Assembly: GCA_965112155.1 (NCBI GenBank)
Contig: OZ218101.1
Length of the DNA stretch: 64,000 bases
Strand: one strand, 5' to 3'
Origin: Podarcis liolepis
Taxonomy: Eukaryota
In this document: piece by piece, positions 53,701 to 61,463 of the stretch
Layout: each line of letters opens with the position of its first letter
Numbering within the stretch: position 1 is the first letter of the stretch
Program-made: the position numbers and the translations under genes
Notes under the pieces: generated by a model
Databases searched by the model: none
What the model was told of the DNA's origin: nothing
What the model saw: only the letters and a program-made list of their open reading frames with translations

Positions 53701-56700
53701 AATAAGTTGCAGCAGCCTAAAATGTCATTTTCTTAGTTTCTTCGGTACACAGAACCCAGCAGCACTAAATGTTAAATATTTCACCAACTGAACAAAATCT
53801 TAATGGATTTCCTTGTAAACAACAGCATTTTAAGAGCCAAATGATGAAATAAAAAAAGTTTACTAAAAAAGCTATTATTTAAATATGTTTCAGCCCCACA
53901 TGCCAACTCCCCCTTCGCTTCGAGTCATCAAAACACCCTCAGATTTACCTTTTATATTTTTGCAGACTCCTAAGACGGACTTTTTGTTCAAAATCTAAGG
54001 TCACCTACAAGAAAGGAATGGAAAAGTTCATAGTACTCATTTTAATACTTCCTAATACAATTTCCAATACAGTACTCAACACTATTGGATCCAATCTTTC
54101 TTAGATTGCTGCTTATATTTTTATTTCTGTTCCAGGTCAGCAACAGAACAGGAAAGGAGACAGTAGAGACAACATGAGAACTGACAATGTCCTACCCATG
54201 TACTCTTAAGCTATTCTCCGACAAAACATTTGGCTGCAGGTTTAATTTTGTTAGTATCCCATCAGAGGCCGATTTAGGGCAGTGCAACCTAGGGGGCAGT
54301 GCAGGCGTCACAACTATGACACAGTGAGTGGAGCAGAATGGAAGGAGAGAGGTGAGGTGCCAAATTTTGGCCTTGCACAGGGCACTGCTGAAATTTGAAA
54401 GTTTTAAGTCTGCCCTGATCCCATATATCCCCAAAGAAAGCAAATCAATTACTTGTGAAGTATAGCTATCATATGCACCAGCCCTGTTGGAATTCTGAGT
54501 CTGCAAGTCTGAAAAGAAGAAAATAAAGAGACGCAAAAACAAGTTAGTATATGAATGCTCTTGTTATTTGAAACAAATTAACACACATTAGAGTAACACA
54601 ACAAGCACTGAAGTTTGAAAACAGCAATTTCCATGTTTCCATAGGTCTTTGGCTGGTCAAGATGAGGGAGGAATTGGAGGAGACAGAATAGTTACGGCAC
54701 TTCCAGAAAATGTACTTATTGAGCACTCATCCTACCTTATCTGTTCACAGGTAGATTAGATGATTTTGGAGACTCAATAAACAGTCACACAAGATTTGTT
54801 TTAAGTGTTTTCCCACTTTCCAGTGCATTTTCTCATCATGTTCCTTACTGCAACAAGTTTTCTCTCTTGGGGAAGTAGGTTTGTTGTGAAAGAACTGCCA
54901 ATCAAATAACTGCACAGCCTGAATTTGCCCAAAGACCCCCCCCCTCGGGCCAGATTTAGGTTTGATAAGGCCCTAAGCTACTGAAGGTAATGGGGCCCTT
55001 TATATGTCCAGCTGTCCTTTGTCAACAACAAATTGCTGCTGTTTTTTGCGTTGAATATATGCTATATGGTAATTTATGAACCTAATAGGTATCTAAAGAC
55101 ATTTGCACATGCTGCCATGCAACCAGTCCACGCAGAATGTAGGAACCCTATATATAAATGAGCAAACCAGTGATATTTTAGGAAGCAGGCTAATGGGCGG
55201 GGTCCATTACTTACATCATAGGAGCCTACACAACACAAAGCAGTGTTGCTGTATGTAGGTTTTATTTTATTTGTCTTTTATCTTATATTTTGGAAATGTA
55301 CATCCAGCTTTTTTCCCTTTAAATTTTTTGGGGGCCCACCAGAGAGTGGGGCCCTAAGCTATAGCTTGTTTAGCTTATACATACTGACCCCCTGTCTCCC
55401 AAAAAAAACAACAGCAAACTGGAAGCATTGTTGAGTAAGAAATTACAGGTTTTGCCTTTGGTTGACTCTCCCTCACATAAATCATCTGGGTTTGCATTCT
55501 ACCAAAGTCAAAAGCTGCAATCCTGTGCTACTTACATGAGCATCCCACTGAAAACACACTTTCTTGTGAGTAAAAATGCACAGGATAGGGTTTGGAAGGC
55601 AGGAAATAATATGCCATATGCTTATAAATTAAAAGTCAAGGCCAACTTCCATTGTAGGTAAGGTTTTCCAGAAGTCTAAAGGAACACCTAGCATTATTTA
55701 CAGATGGCCCTGAAAGTTAATTGATAAGAAACCCAACTCCAAAAAAAAAACAAAAAAAAACCCCAACCCCACAACAAATTAACAGCCTGAGAGCTTTCTG
55801 TATTTTAAGAATCGCTGCGCTGGGACCTGGACCTAAACCTAAAGCAACTGTGGGCGATGAGGGCCTAACCTAACAGAATATACTAATTTTCCGACTATAG
55901 ATTAGTCTTTTTTTTCATTGTTTCGATTTCTACACAAATCCTGCTCCATCACAAACGAAGGGGCAGTGGCGACCAAGCAGAGCTCCGAGGTAATATATGG
56001 TTTTACATTTGCGTCAAGTCACCTAAAGAACTTCATAATTAAAAAGTCGGGTCTCGCCGCTGGAAAGATGGCGGCCGACTGAGGCGGCCTCTCGCTCCTC
56101 GTCTGAACATGCCCGTCGCGTGTCGGGGAAAGGGAAAAAAGAGGACCCAGATGGCCTGCTTTTCTTCCAGGGAAACGGGAGGAGGCGTGAAATGAGATGG
56201 TTTTCCAGCCAAATGCTGCTGCGGAGGGAAGACGGGGCATCCCCACCCAAGGGGTGTTTTGTGCAGAGTTTTGTCCTCCAGGGAGGAAACGAACCGTAGT
56301 TTCGTGCTTGCTCGAACCAAGCAACAAAACGCCACCGCAAACCTTCCCGAACTCAACAGGTCCCGTTTGCGAGTGTTTAGGATGCGGCTGCGCGGGTTAC
56401 TCGCGCGCGGGGTCCCGAGCCGCAGCCTCGCCTACTCGGAAGCAAGCAAGCCGCCTGCCCCGGATTAAACGAGGTGGTGGGTGTTTTTTTTGCAACCCCC
56501 AGTTCTCTAACCCGCTGCCCCTTGCAAAACCCTCTCCTCCGAAGAAGGAGCGTCTTGTTCGCACACTCCACCTGAGCCGGCGTCTCTCAACACCCGTCGC
56601 GGCGGGGCTCCGCGCTGCCAGCCGCCCTCGAACGGGCTTTTCTGCTGGAACCTGCCTCGCCTCTTGGCGGAAGCGCCCGGGAAGGATGCCGCCGCCGCCG

Positions 56701-56704
56701 CCAT
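16373..56704 (-). CDS. RNF17: RING finger protein 17 / TDRD4 (multi-Tudor piRNA-pathway protein), 35 coding exons, ~1567 aa
   Basis: Exons join into a 4704-nt open frame. Five Tudor domains (WCRG..LVDFG; WYRAQV..YVDFGN; WQRGQI..LIDFG; WYRGEV..YLDYG; WYRAKL..FVDYGS). C-terminus [14 protein letters not shown]. Tail-to-tail with CENPJ as in mammals. Confidence 0.95.
17667..17853 (-). CDS. RNF17: RNF17 exon 34 ([22 protein letters not shown])
   Basis: cctcag / CTG|gtaaa. Confidence 0.96.
18042..18177 (-). CDS. RNF17: RNF17 exon 33, Tudor 5 ([22 protein letters not shown])
   Basis: gttag / AG|gtaaa. Confidence 0.96.
18925..19153. mobile_element. TcMar/Tigger-like MITE (TAACCTGAAG subrepeats)
   Basis: CAGTAGTACCTCGGGTTA / TAACCCGAGGTACCACTG TIRs. 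Confidence 0.85.
19436..19608. mobile_element. TcMar/Tigger-like MITE abutting the RNF17 exon 32 donor
   Basis: TA at 19434-35 and 19609-10; imperfect CAGT.. TIRs. Confidence 0.75.
19614..19758 (-). CDS. RNF17: RNF17 exon 32 (VYITID...LTDFRK)
   Basis: ccctag / G|gtatac. Confidence 0.92.
20117..20233 (-). CDS. RNF17: RNF17 exon 31 (TPLLPPY...HVVSPNE)
   Basis: ttttag / GAG|gtatc. Confidence 0.94.
20748..20804 (-). CDS. RNF17: RNF17 exon 30 (57 nt)
   Basis: ttctag / GAG|gtaaa; open, phase 0. Confidence 0.78.
21341..21469 (-). CDS. RNF17: RNF17 exon 29 ([21 protein letters not shown])
   Basis: aacag / CTG|gtaat. Confidence 0.93.
22087..22361 (-). mobile_element. Sauria SINE, 5' truncated
   Basis: Same body and tail as the 13.5-kb copy. 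Confidence 0.85.
22929..23009 (-). CDS. RNF17: RNF17 exon 28 ([13 protein letters not shown])
   Basis: atccag / ATG|gtaag. Confidence 0.94.
23438..23651. mobile_element. TcMar (Tc2-like) MITE
   Basis: TA TSD, CYGTATTTTT TIRs. Confidence 0.8.
23702..23745. repeat. (TAG)n/(TGA)n microsatellite at a LINE tail
   Basis: direct observation. Confidence 0.85.
24154..24273 (-). CDS. RNF17: RNF17 exon 27 ([19 protein letters not shown])
   Basis: tgtag / CCA|gtgagt. Confidence 0.95.
24462..24672 (+). mobile_element. BovB (RTE) 3' end
   Basis: [24 protein letters not shown] tail plus (CAA)n. Confidence 0.9.
25011..25144 (-). mobile_element. BovB (RTE) 3' end
   Basis: Reverse complement of the 24.5-kb copy; TSD ccccccatatt at 25000-25010 and 25145-25155. 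Confidence 0.9.
25791..25954 (-). CDS. RNF17: RNF17 exon 26, Tudor 4 (WKKGEAC..LWYRGEV)
   Basis: ctccag / AAG|gtaag. Confidence 0.95.
26706..26815. mobile_element. hAT MITE, related family
   Basis: CAGTTTCCC/GGGAAAACTG ends; 7/8 matching TSD gcataggc/gcctaggc. Confidence 0.7.
27353..27612 (-). mobile_element. tRNA-derived CORE-type SINE (Squam3/MIR-like)
   Basis: Head GAGAGCCAGTGTGGTGTAGTGGTTAAGAG, B-box-like GGTTCGTGTC, (CTT)n tail. Confidence 0.8.
27687..27982 (-). CDS. RNF17: RNF17 exon 25 (...YKPPAVP...[10 protein letters not shown])
   Basis: ccctag / G|gtaaa. Confidence 0.9.
28691..28800 (-). CDS. RNF17: RNF17 exon 24 (LPVKVF...MIKEGLA)
   Basis: cccag / AG|gtatg. Confidence 0.93.
30458..30548 (-). 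CDS. RNF17: RNF17 exon 23 ([14 protein letters not shown])
   Basis: ttttag / CAG|gttag. Confidence 0.94.
30961..31079 (-). CDS. RNF17: RNF17 exon 22 (VFLIDFG...ECSLTDIR)
   Basis: ttgcag / AG|gtaaa. Confidence 0.95.
31401..31551 (-). CDS. RNF17: RNF17 exon 21, Tudor 3 (QWQRGQI)
   Basis: attag / GAG|gtaaa. Confidence 0.92.
33396..33620 (-). CDS. RNF17: RNF17 exon 20 (EVWDP...[14 protein letters not shown])
   Basis: ctacag / AG|gtaag. Confidence 0.94.
34104..34224 (-). CDS. RNF17: RNF17 exon 19 (...LVKEGLASY)
   Basis: ctctag / AG|gtgag. Confidence 0.93.
34686..34902. mobile_element. Fold-back Penelope pLTR insertion; hammerhead variant 34807-34844 (+)
   Basis: Inverted pLTR arms; TSD tgtgacttaaga at 34674-34685 and 34903-34914. 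Confidence 0.85.
35284..35404 (-). CDS. RNF17: RNF17 exon 18 (AIRCKLAHI)
   Basis: tttag / G|gtaag. Confidence 0.94.
35898..36013 (-). CDS. RNF17: RNF17 exon 17 ([12 protein letters not shown])
   Basis: ctaaag / AAG|gtaag. Confidence 0.96.
36793..36952 (-). CDS. RNF17: RNF17 exon 16, Tudor 2 ([16 protein letters not shown])
   Basis: gttag / G|gtaagt. Confidence 0.96.
37815..37953 (-). CDS. RNF17: RNF17 exon 15 (...[13 protein letters not shown])
   Basis: tactag / CTA|gtaagt. Confidence 0.94.
38229..38393. mobile_element. TcMar (Tc2-like) MITE, diverged
   Basis: TA TSD, imperfect GTATTTT TIRs. Confidence 0.65.
39410..39600 (-). CDS. RNF17: RNF17 exon 14 (...[16 protein letters not shown])
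   Basis: caatag / AG|gtata. Confidence 0.95.
39910..40161. mobile_element. hAT-Charlie-like MITE
   Basis: 8-bp TSD ttctaaaa at 39902-09 and 40162-69; GGCCC subterminal motifs. Confidence 0.85.
40354..40525 (-). CDS. RNF17: RNF17 exon 13 (...[12 protein letters not shown])
   Basis: atcaag / TCA|gtaagt. Confidence 0.9.
40794..40995. mobile_element. Fold-back Penelope pLTR insertion; hammerhead 40848-40885 (-)
   Basis: ~78-bp perfect inverted arms; TSD aacggcaattca at 40782-40793 and 40996-41007. Confidence 0.88.
41905..42094 (-). CDS. RNF17: RNF17 exon 12 (WCRGKII...FLVDFG)
   Basis: tttcag / AG|gtatg. Confidence 0.94.
42376..42531 (-). CDS. RNF17: RNF17 exon 11 ([17 protein letters not shown]), Tudor 1 start
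   Basis: cacag / G|gtaac. Confidence 0.93.
42987..43261 (-). CDS. RNF17: RNF17 exon 10 (...[16 protein letters not shown])
   Basis: cctag / A|gtgagt; conserved [11 protein letters not shown]. Confidence 0.9.
43340..43990 (+). mobile_element. Decayed L1-like LINE ORF2 fragment; boundaries approximate
   Basis: [22 protein letters not shown] resembles the L1 RT motif RQGCPLS. Confidence 0.6.
44558..44632 (-). CDS. RNF17: RNF17 exon 9
   Basis: atacag / AT|gtaagt. Confidence 0.85.
45596..45672 (-). CDS. RNF17: RNF17 exon 8
   Basis: ttctag / AG|gtaaa. Confidence 0.85.
46002..46206. mobile_element. TcMar/Tigger-like MITE
   Basis: TA-CAGTGGTACCT...AGGTACCACTG-TA. Confidence 0.85.
46259..46489. 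mobile_element. TcMar/Tigger-like MITE
   Basis: TA-CAGTGGTACCT...AGGTACCACTG-TA. Confidence 0.85.
47176..47347 (-). CDS. RNF17: RNF17 exon 7
   Basis: attag / CAG|gtaac. Confidence 0.88.
48204..48304 (-). CDS. RNF17: RNF17 exon 6 ([13 protein letters not shown]...VNSR)
   Basis: purine-rich aag acceptor; AG|gtaac; coiled coil. Confidence 0.8.
49868..50192. mobile_element. TcMar/Tigger-like MITE
   Basis: TA-CAGTGGTGCC...GGCACCACTG-TA. Confidence 0.85.
50228..50479. mobile_element. TcMar/Tigger-like MITE, inverted relative to the 49868 copy
   Basis: TA-CAGTGGTGCC...GGCACCACTG-TA. Confidence 0.85.
51326..51406 (-). CDS. RNF17: RNF17 exon 5 ([15 protein letters not shown])
   Basis: ccccag / GAG|gtagg. 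Confidence 0.85.
52519..52609 (-). CDS. RNF17: RNF17 exon 4
   Basis: ttttag / ATG|gtatgt; phase 2->0. Confidence 0.75.
53144..53176. repeat. (GGCAG)n pentamer repeat
   Basis: direct observation. Confidence 0.85.
53949..54004 (-). CDS. RNF17: RNF17 exon 3 ([19 protein letters not shown])
   Basis: cttgtag / AG|gtaaat. Confidence 0.7.
54453..54508 (-). CDS. RNF17: RNF17 exon 2 ([19 protein letters not shown])
   Basis: long polypyrimidine tract + cag; CAA|gtaatt; phase 1->0 links exons 1 and 3. Confidence 0.65.
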
Positions 56705-56930
56705 CTTCTCCGCCCTTTTTCCCTCCCTCCTTCTGCACCTCGCGTTGCCCCGCGCGGCGCAAACCGGCCAAGTTCCGAGTCACCGGCCAGCGCAAGCTCC
56801 AGCTCTTCTCCGTATTTGTTTGCGCACACCTTCCCCGGCACGTGCGTTCCGACCAATGGAAACTCCTTAACCTCCTTTCCTCAGCCAATCGCTGCATCTC
56901 GGGATGGAGCGGGGGCGGGAACCCTCAGTG
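56040..56930 (-). promoter_or_regulatory. CpG-island promoter of RNF17
   Basis: Abrupt GC/CpG enrichment over exon 1. CCAAT 56853-57 and 56885-89, E-box CACGTG 56839-44, GC box 56913-18, TGCGCA 56821-26. Confidence 0.85.
56572..56704 (-). CDS. RNF17: RNF17 exon 1 CDS ([10 protein letters not shown]...RRVLRDAGS)
   Basis: gaagATGG Kozak context inside CpG island; G|gtggag donor, phase 1. Confidence 0.7.
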
Positions 56931-57198
56931 TGAGCATGGCAACTTAAATACTGTAATAATAATGATTAATTGCTGTATTATACCTAGGATGAGAATTCGC
57001 AGGAGGGCGCTACTGTACAATTGATTGTAATCATTGATATGCCTTTAAGGCGGATTTCATATATGTATATGGTTTTATTTCTGTTAATATTTGCTTGTGT
57101 TTTAATGGATGTTTTTTCCCTATGTTTTTAGTGGTTCTTGTTTTTATCTGTAAGCTACCTTGGGTCCCGTCAGGGAAAAAGGCAGGATAATAATATTA

Positions 57199-57200
<2 letters not shown>

Positions 57201-57228
<28 letters not shown>
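57201..57228. repeat. (GAT)n microsatellite
   Basis: direct observation. Confidence 0.9.
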
Positions 57229-57229
<1 letters not shown>

Positions 57230-58776
57230 TTGGGTTGAAACTGGGTGTTTGCAAGTGCAAAGGTACCATCTGTTATAATGCATTAACTACAAAGTAATAT
57301 TAACTCATCTGTAGACAAGATCTTTCCCGCAGAATCACCCAAAGCGCTCCCTCCCCCCCCAGCAACATTTTCTTTGCTTTTGGACAGTGATGCTTTGTCC
57401 AATGGAGTTGAGCTTTATTATACTTGCATTTGCAGTAGTGGCTAGTCCTTTAGGTGAGAATTTACCACTATATGTACCACAAGCTTTGTTTCATTTTGAT
57501 TCCCCCCCCCCAACACCACCACTCTGCAAATTCACATACACACACTACTTCAAAACTGGGAAGCAAAGACTGCCAGGTTCCCCATCTTTGCTCTAACTAC
57601 TGCATTACTGTAGTTGCTTTCTTTCCCCTCCTCTCACAGCTGCATCATATCTTGTTGCCTCAGTGCTGGGAAGCCCTCTCATTGTTTCAGGTATGTTTAC
57701 CTCACAAAGCTAATAAGTACCTTATGCGGCAGAAAGCCCCTAGGATATTGGGTTTTCTGTTTTTAATAAGAAAAATAAATTGCAGATTTCAGACGCAAGA
57801 TGGCAGCAAGGTTTAGCTAGAATTAGAATGGCTGAGGATAGCCATACCTAATAAGATGGAACGATATCCCCCATCATTTTCTTGGCTTTGTGTGTTTTAC
57901 AGAAACTCTACAGTGTTCTCAGCCCAGTGGTTCTCAACACAAATTATATCTATGCTAAACGTTTCATTAGTCAAAGCAAGAACCAATATAACTTTCCAAT
58001 AGCTGTTTGGAAGGAATCCTATCAATGCACAGGTGGGTAGGTATTTTATCAGATGGGTTAAATTTACTGGAAAAGGAGCACCTGAATCTAAATTACCCAG
58101 CTTTTTCTCATGCAGTCATCTAGGCAAATTCTGTGGATGACATGAAATGGAAATTATATGCAACTAAAGGAGACATTCCCAAAGGCTTCCCAGTGAAGTA
58201 AATGCTCTTAGTCCCAAGAACTATGTAGTCGTAGGATAACACTGAGGACACCCGCTAATATATACAATGTGTAGCTTATGGTGCAATCTGAGTATGCCTA
58301 CTCAGAAGTAGGCCTCACTGAGTTGAATGGGACTTTATCCCTCACACTGTCATGAATTGCAGGACCAAATTCACAGTTTACCAGATTAAATTTGAGTTCA
58401 GTAACAAACTGTTGAATGGCACCTCCATGAATCGCTGAATGATTAAAAAAGGAATATATTTAAATCACCATATTCCCTCATATGAACCTCCCTGGGTTTT
58501 GAAACTTAAGGAAAGGCCCTTCTCTCAGTCATGCCTCCCTCATAGGCATACTTGGTGGGAACAAGGGAGAGGGCCTTCTTGGTGGCTGCTCCCAGACTTC
58601 GGAACATGCTCCCAGATAAGTTTGATTAGCTCCTTCCTTGTAGTCCTCCTGCTTATTCCACCACCTTATTCCACCTTATTTGAATAACTAATTGCTTTTA
58701 ACGAAAGGGCTGTGCTGTGCTGTTTTTACTGTAATTATTTGTATGGTTTTAACGTATTTTTTAATGTATATATACA

Positions 58777-59117
58777 GTAAGGTAAAGGCAAAGGGACCCA
58801 GGACCGTTAAGTCCAGTCGTGGATGACTCTGGGGTTGCGGTGCTCATCTCGCTTTATTGGCCGAGGGAGCCGGCGTTTGCCCGCAGACAGCTTCCAGGTC
58901 ATATGGCCAGCATGACTAAGCTGCTTCTGGTGAACCAGAGCAGCGCACGGAAACACCGTTTCCTTTCCCGCCGGAGCAGTACCTATTTATCTACTTGCAC
59001 TTTGACGTGCTTTCAAGCTGCTAGGTTGGCAGGAGCAGGGACCTAGCAACAGGAACTCACCCCGTCGCGGGAATTGTAACTGCCGACCTTCTGATCGGCA
59101 AACCCTAGGCTCTGTGG
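58777..59117 (-). mobile_element. Sauria SINE
   Basis: Same body and tail as the 13.5-kb copy. Confidence 0.88.
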
Positions 59118-59156
59118 CTGCTTTGAGTTCCTGTCAGGGAGAAAGATGGGGTATAA

Positions 59157-59214
59157 ATCATAGAATTGTAGATTTGGAAGGTACCTCAAGGGTCATCTGG
59201 TCCACCCCCCTGCA
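59157..59214 (-). mobile_element. CR1 LINE 3' tip
   Basis: Reverse complement reads ccttccaaatctacaattctatgatt, a CR1-type tail; similar + strand tip at ~38941-38972. Confidence 0.6.
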
Positions 59215-60249
59215 ACTTATAAATAAATAAATATTTTAAAAACCACTAAATTGTTCAAGGACTACTGACATTATCAACTCCAGCTGCAGTCAAATATAGC
59301 TGAAAAGCTTGCTCCCATCCAATTATCAGCCAACTTGCCTTGTAAAACTATTGCAGGGAAGAGGCTGCATACTCTGAAGCTAATGCATGTGTGCAAAAAT
59401 GCACCAACAAACTCTCAGCTCCCAAAAAGAAGAAAATAAATCCACACCAACTTCTGACACCATGTAACAGTTGGTTCTCAAAGGTTCTGTGGAATTAACT
59501 CAATAATGCACAAGCCTCCTATATACAGAATTTATCCATTTTTTCCAAAGACAAGCCAGTAGAAACATACACGTCAAAAGACAGAACCTCAGATCAAAAG
59601 CACTAGGCAGATAAATGTTTCTCACAAGCAGTTCACAGTCATTCCCCAGAATCCTAAACATATCAACTCAGTGCTAAGTCACATTAAGATGCTGTCATTT
59701 ATTCCTAGGAAATGATGCATAGGTTTGCAACTTTACAAATGTTTTATGTTTTACAGCCTTGATAATTAAGAAACATTCTGGAAATGCCAGGAGAGAGTCC
59801 TTCGTTTCCTCTACCTCCTGATACCGTCCTCATTGTCGCAACACATTTCTAGTTTTAATATAATTTATTGTGCTTGTATTTTTCACAGTGGCGGGGAAGT
59901 CACGCTTTTTAAGTGGAGCAAAACCAAATCCCCGTGGCACATTACACAATGATCCCTGTAAGTGTAATTGCTAACAGATTAATCCTGTACCATGGAAGCT
60001 GTTCTGAGTGTTTTACCAGAAGGAACGGGGTGTCTTTAGAGCTTTGTGTTAATAAATGTATGCAGCAATTTGACAAGTACTATTACTGAATGAGGCAATC
60101 AATTGTGAGATTAAAGGGATATCTGCATAGATGAAACTTCAAACTAAGCTTTTAAAAATGGATTGTTCTAAGCAGGTTAATTCAGAAGTAATCTTTCAGA
60201 ATGCAAAAGGGCCACATCTATACATATGCACATATTAATAAAGGTAGTT

Positions 60250-60251
<2 letters not shown>

Positions 60252-60295
<44 letters not shown>
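60252..60295. repeat. (GT)n microsatellite
   Basis: ~22 GT units. Confidence 0.95.
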
Positions 60296-60297
<2 letters not shown>

Positions 60298-61229
60298 CTC
60301 AGAATCATTTCACAGGTTGAAAATACTGTAGGGCTGTTTTATCAATATTGGAGGTAATCTCTATCTCTATCTCTATCACCTCTATCTGTATATCAATTCC
60401 AGAGAGAGCAGGCGATCCTGAAGGCAGAATACTTTTGTCATAGCCTTTTTGAAGGTGGCTCCCAGATCTGGGTCAGATTGGTTTAGACCTGTAAACTGAA
60501 TATAATGGGATTTAAAGGCCTCCTCCCCCCCCCCCATCTTAAAAATGAGATGCTTTGTGTTTAGCAGTTTAAAATAAACATTTTTGTTAGGCCAAATGTT
60601 GTGCAACTTAATGGTGTAGCACAGTGAGTTTAATGGTATGTATATTAACAGCAGCAACATTTACTGTAGCCAAACACTGGAGGACAGTGAACCTGGGTGG
60701 AATCTACACACATATAAAAGCGTTTTTAAAACTACATTGAATTTTCCATAAGGCCATCGCCATCTAATATCACATTGTATATTGAACTTAAAACACACTT
60801 AAAACATTTCATTTGTAGCTGTATAGCCGAGTCCCTGATGCCAGCCTGGCAGCAGCAACTCTGCAACTTGGCTTTGATGGAAAAGTTACCTCATCAAGTT
60901 CAAGCGTGTCAAAATAATCAGACATACACTTTTGACACCACCCCTAATTTCTGTACGGGTCATAAATACGCAGTTGCAAAAGAACTTGCACTGCATGGGA
61001 ATCTATGGCAGGACTCTTATAATACAATGTGTAGAAGTGATATAATTGACTTCTGGAACAATACAGGGCACTTATCCAGGTTGTTGATGTGTAATATCAT
61101 AACTTGTGCTTGCTTACAATTTACCCTCCATGCATCCATACTTTCCCTTACTATTTTAGGACCTTATCCAGAGGGAGATGATGGAGGGCATGAGACCAGC
61201 AAAGATGCCCCACATTGTCCTATACTGTA

Positions 61230-61463
61230 CAGTGGTACCTTGGGTTACAAATGCTTCAGGTTACAAACGCTTCAGGTTACAGACTCCGCTAACCCGGAAG
61301 TAGTACCTTGGGTTAAGAACTTTACCTTAGGATGAGAACAGAAATTGTGTGGCGGCGGCAGCGGGAGGCCCCATTAGCTAAAGTGGTACCTCAGGTTAAG
61401 AACAGTTTCAGGTTAAGAACGGACCTCCGGAACGAATTAAGTTCTTAACCCAAGGTACCACTG
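61230..61463. mobile_element. TcMar/Tigger-like MITE
   Basis: TA-CAGTGGTACCTTGGGTTA...TAACCCAAGGTACCACTG-TA. Confidence 0.88.

Noticed and set aside
56197-57024. 275-aa plus-strand ORF and other overlapping ORFs in the CpG island
   Set aside because: Low stop-codon frequency in GC-rich DNA; no recognisable domain; antisense to RNF17 exon 1.
60775-61335. 186-aa ORF
   Set aside because: Non-ATG start, runs into a MITE, no recognisable homology.
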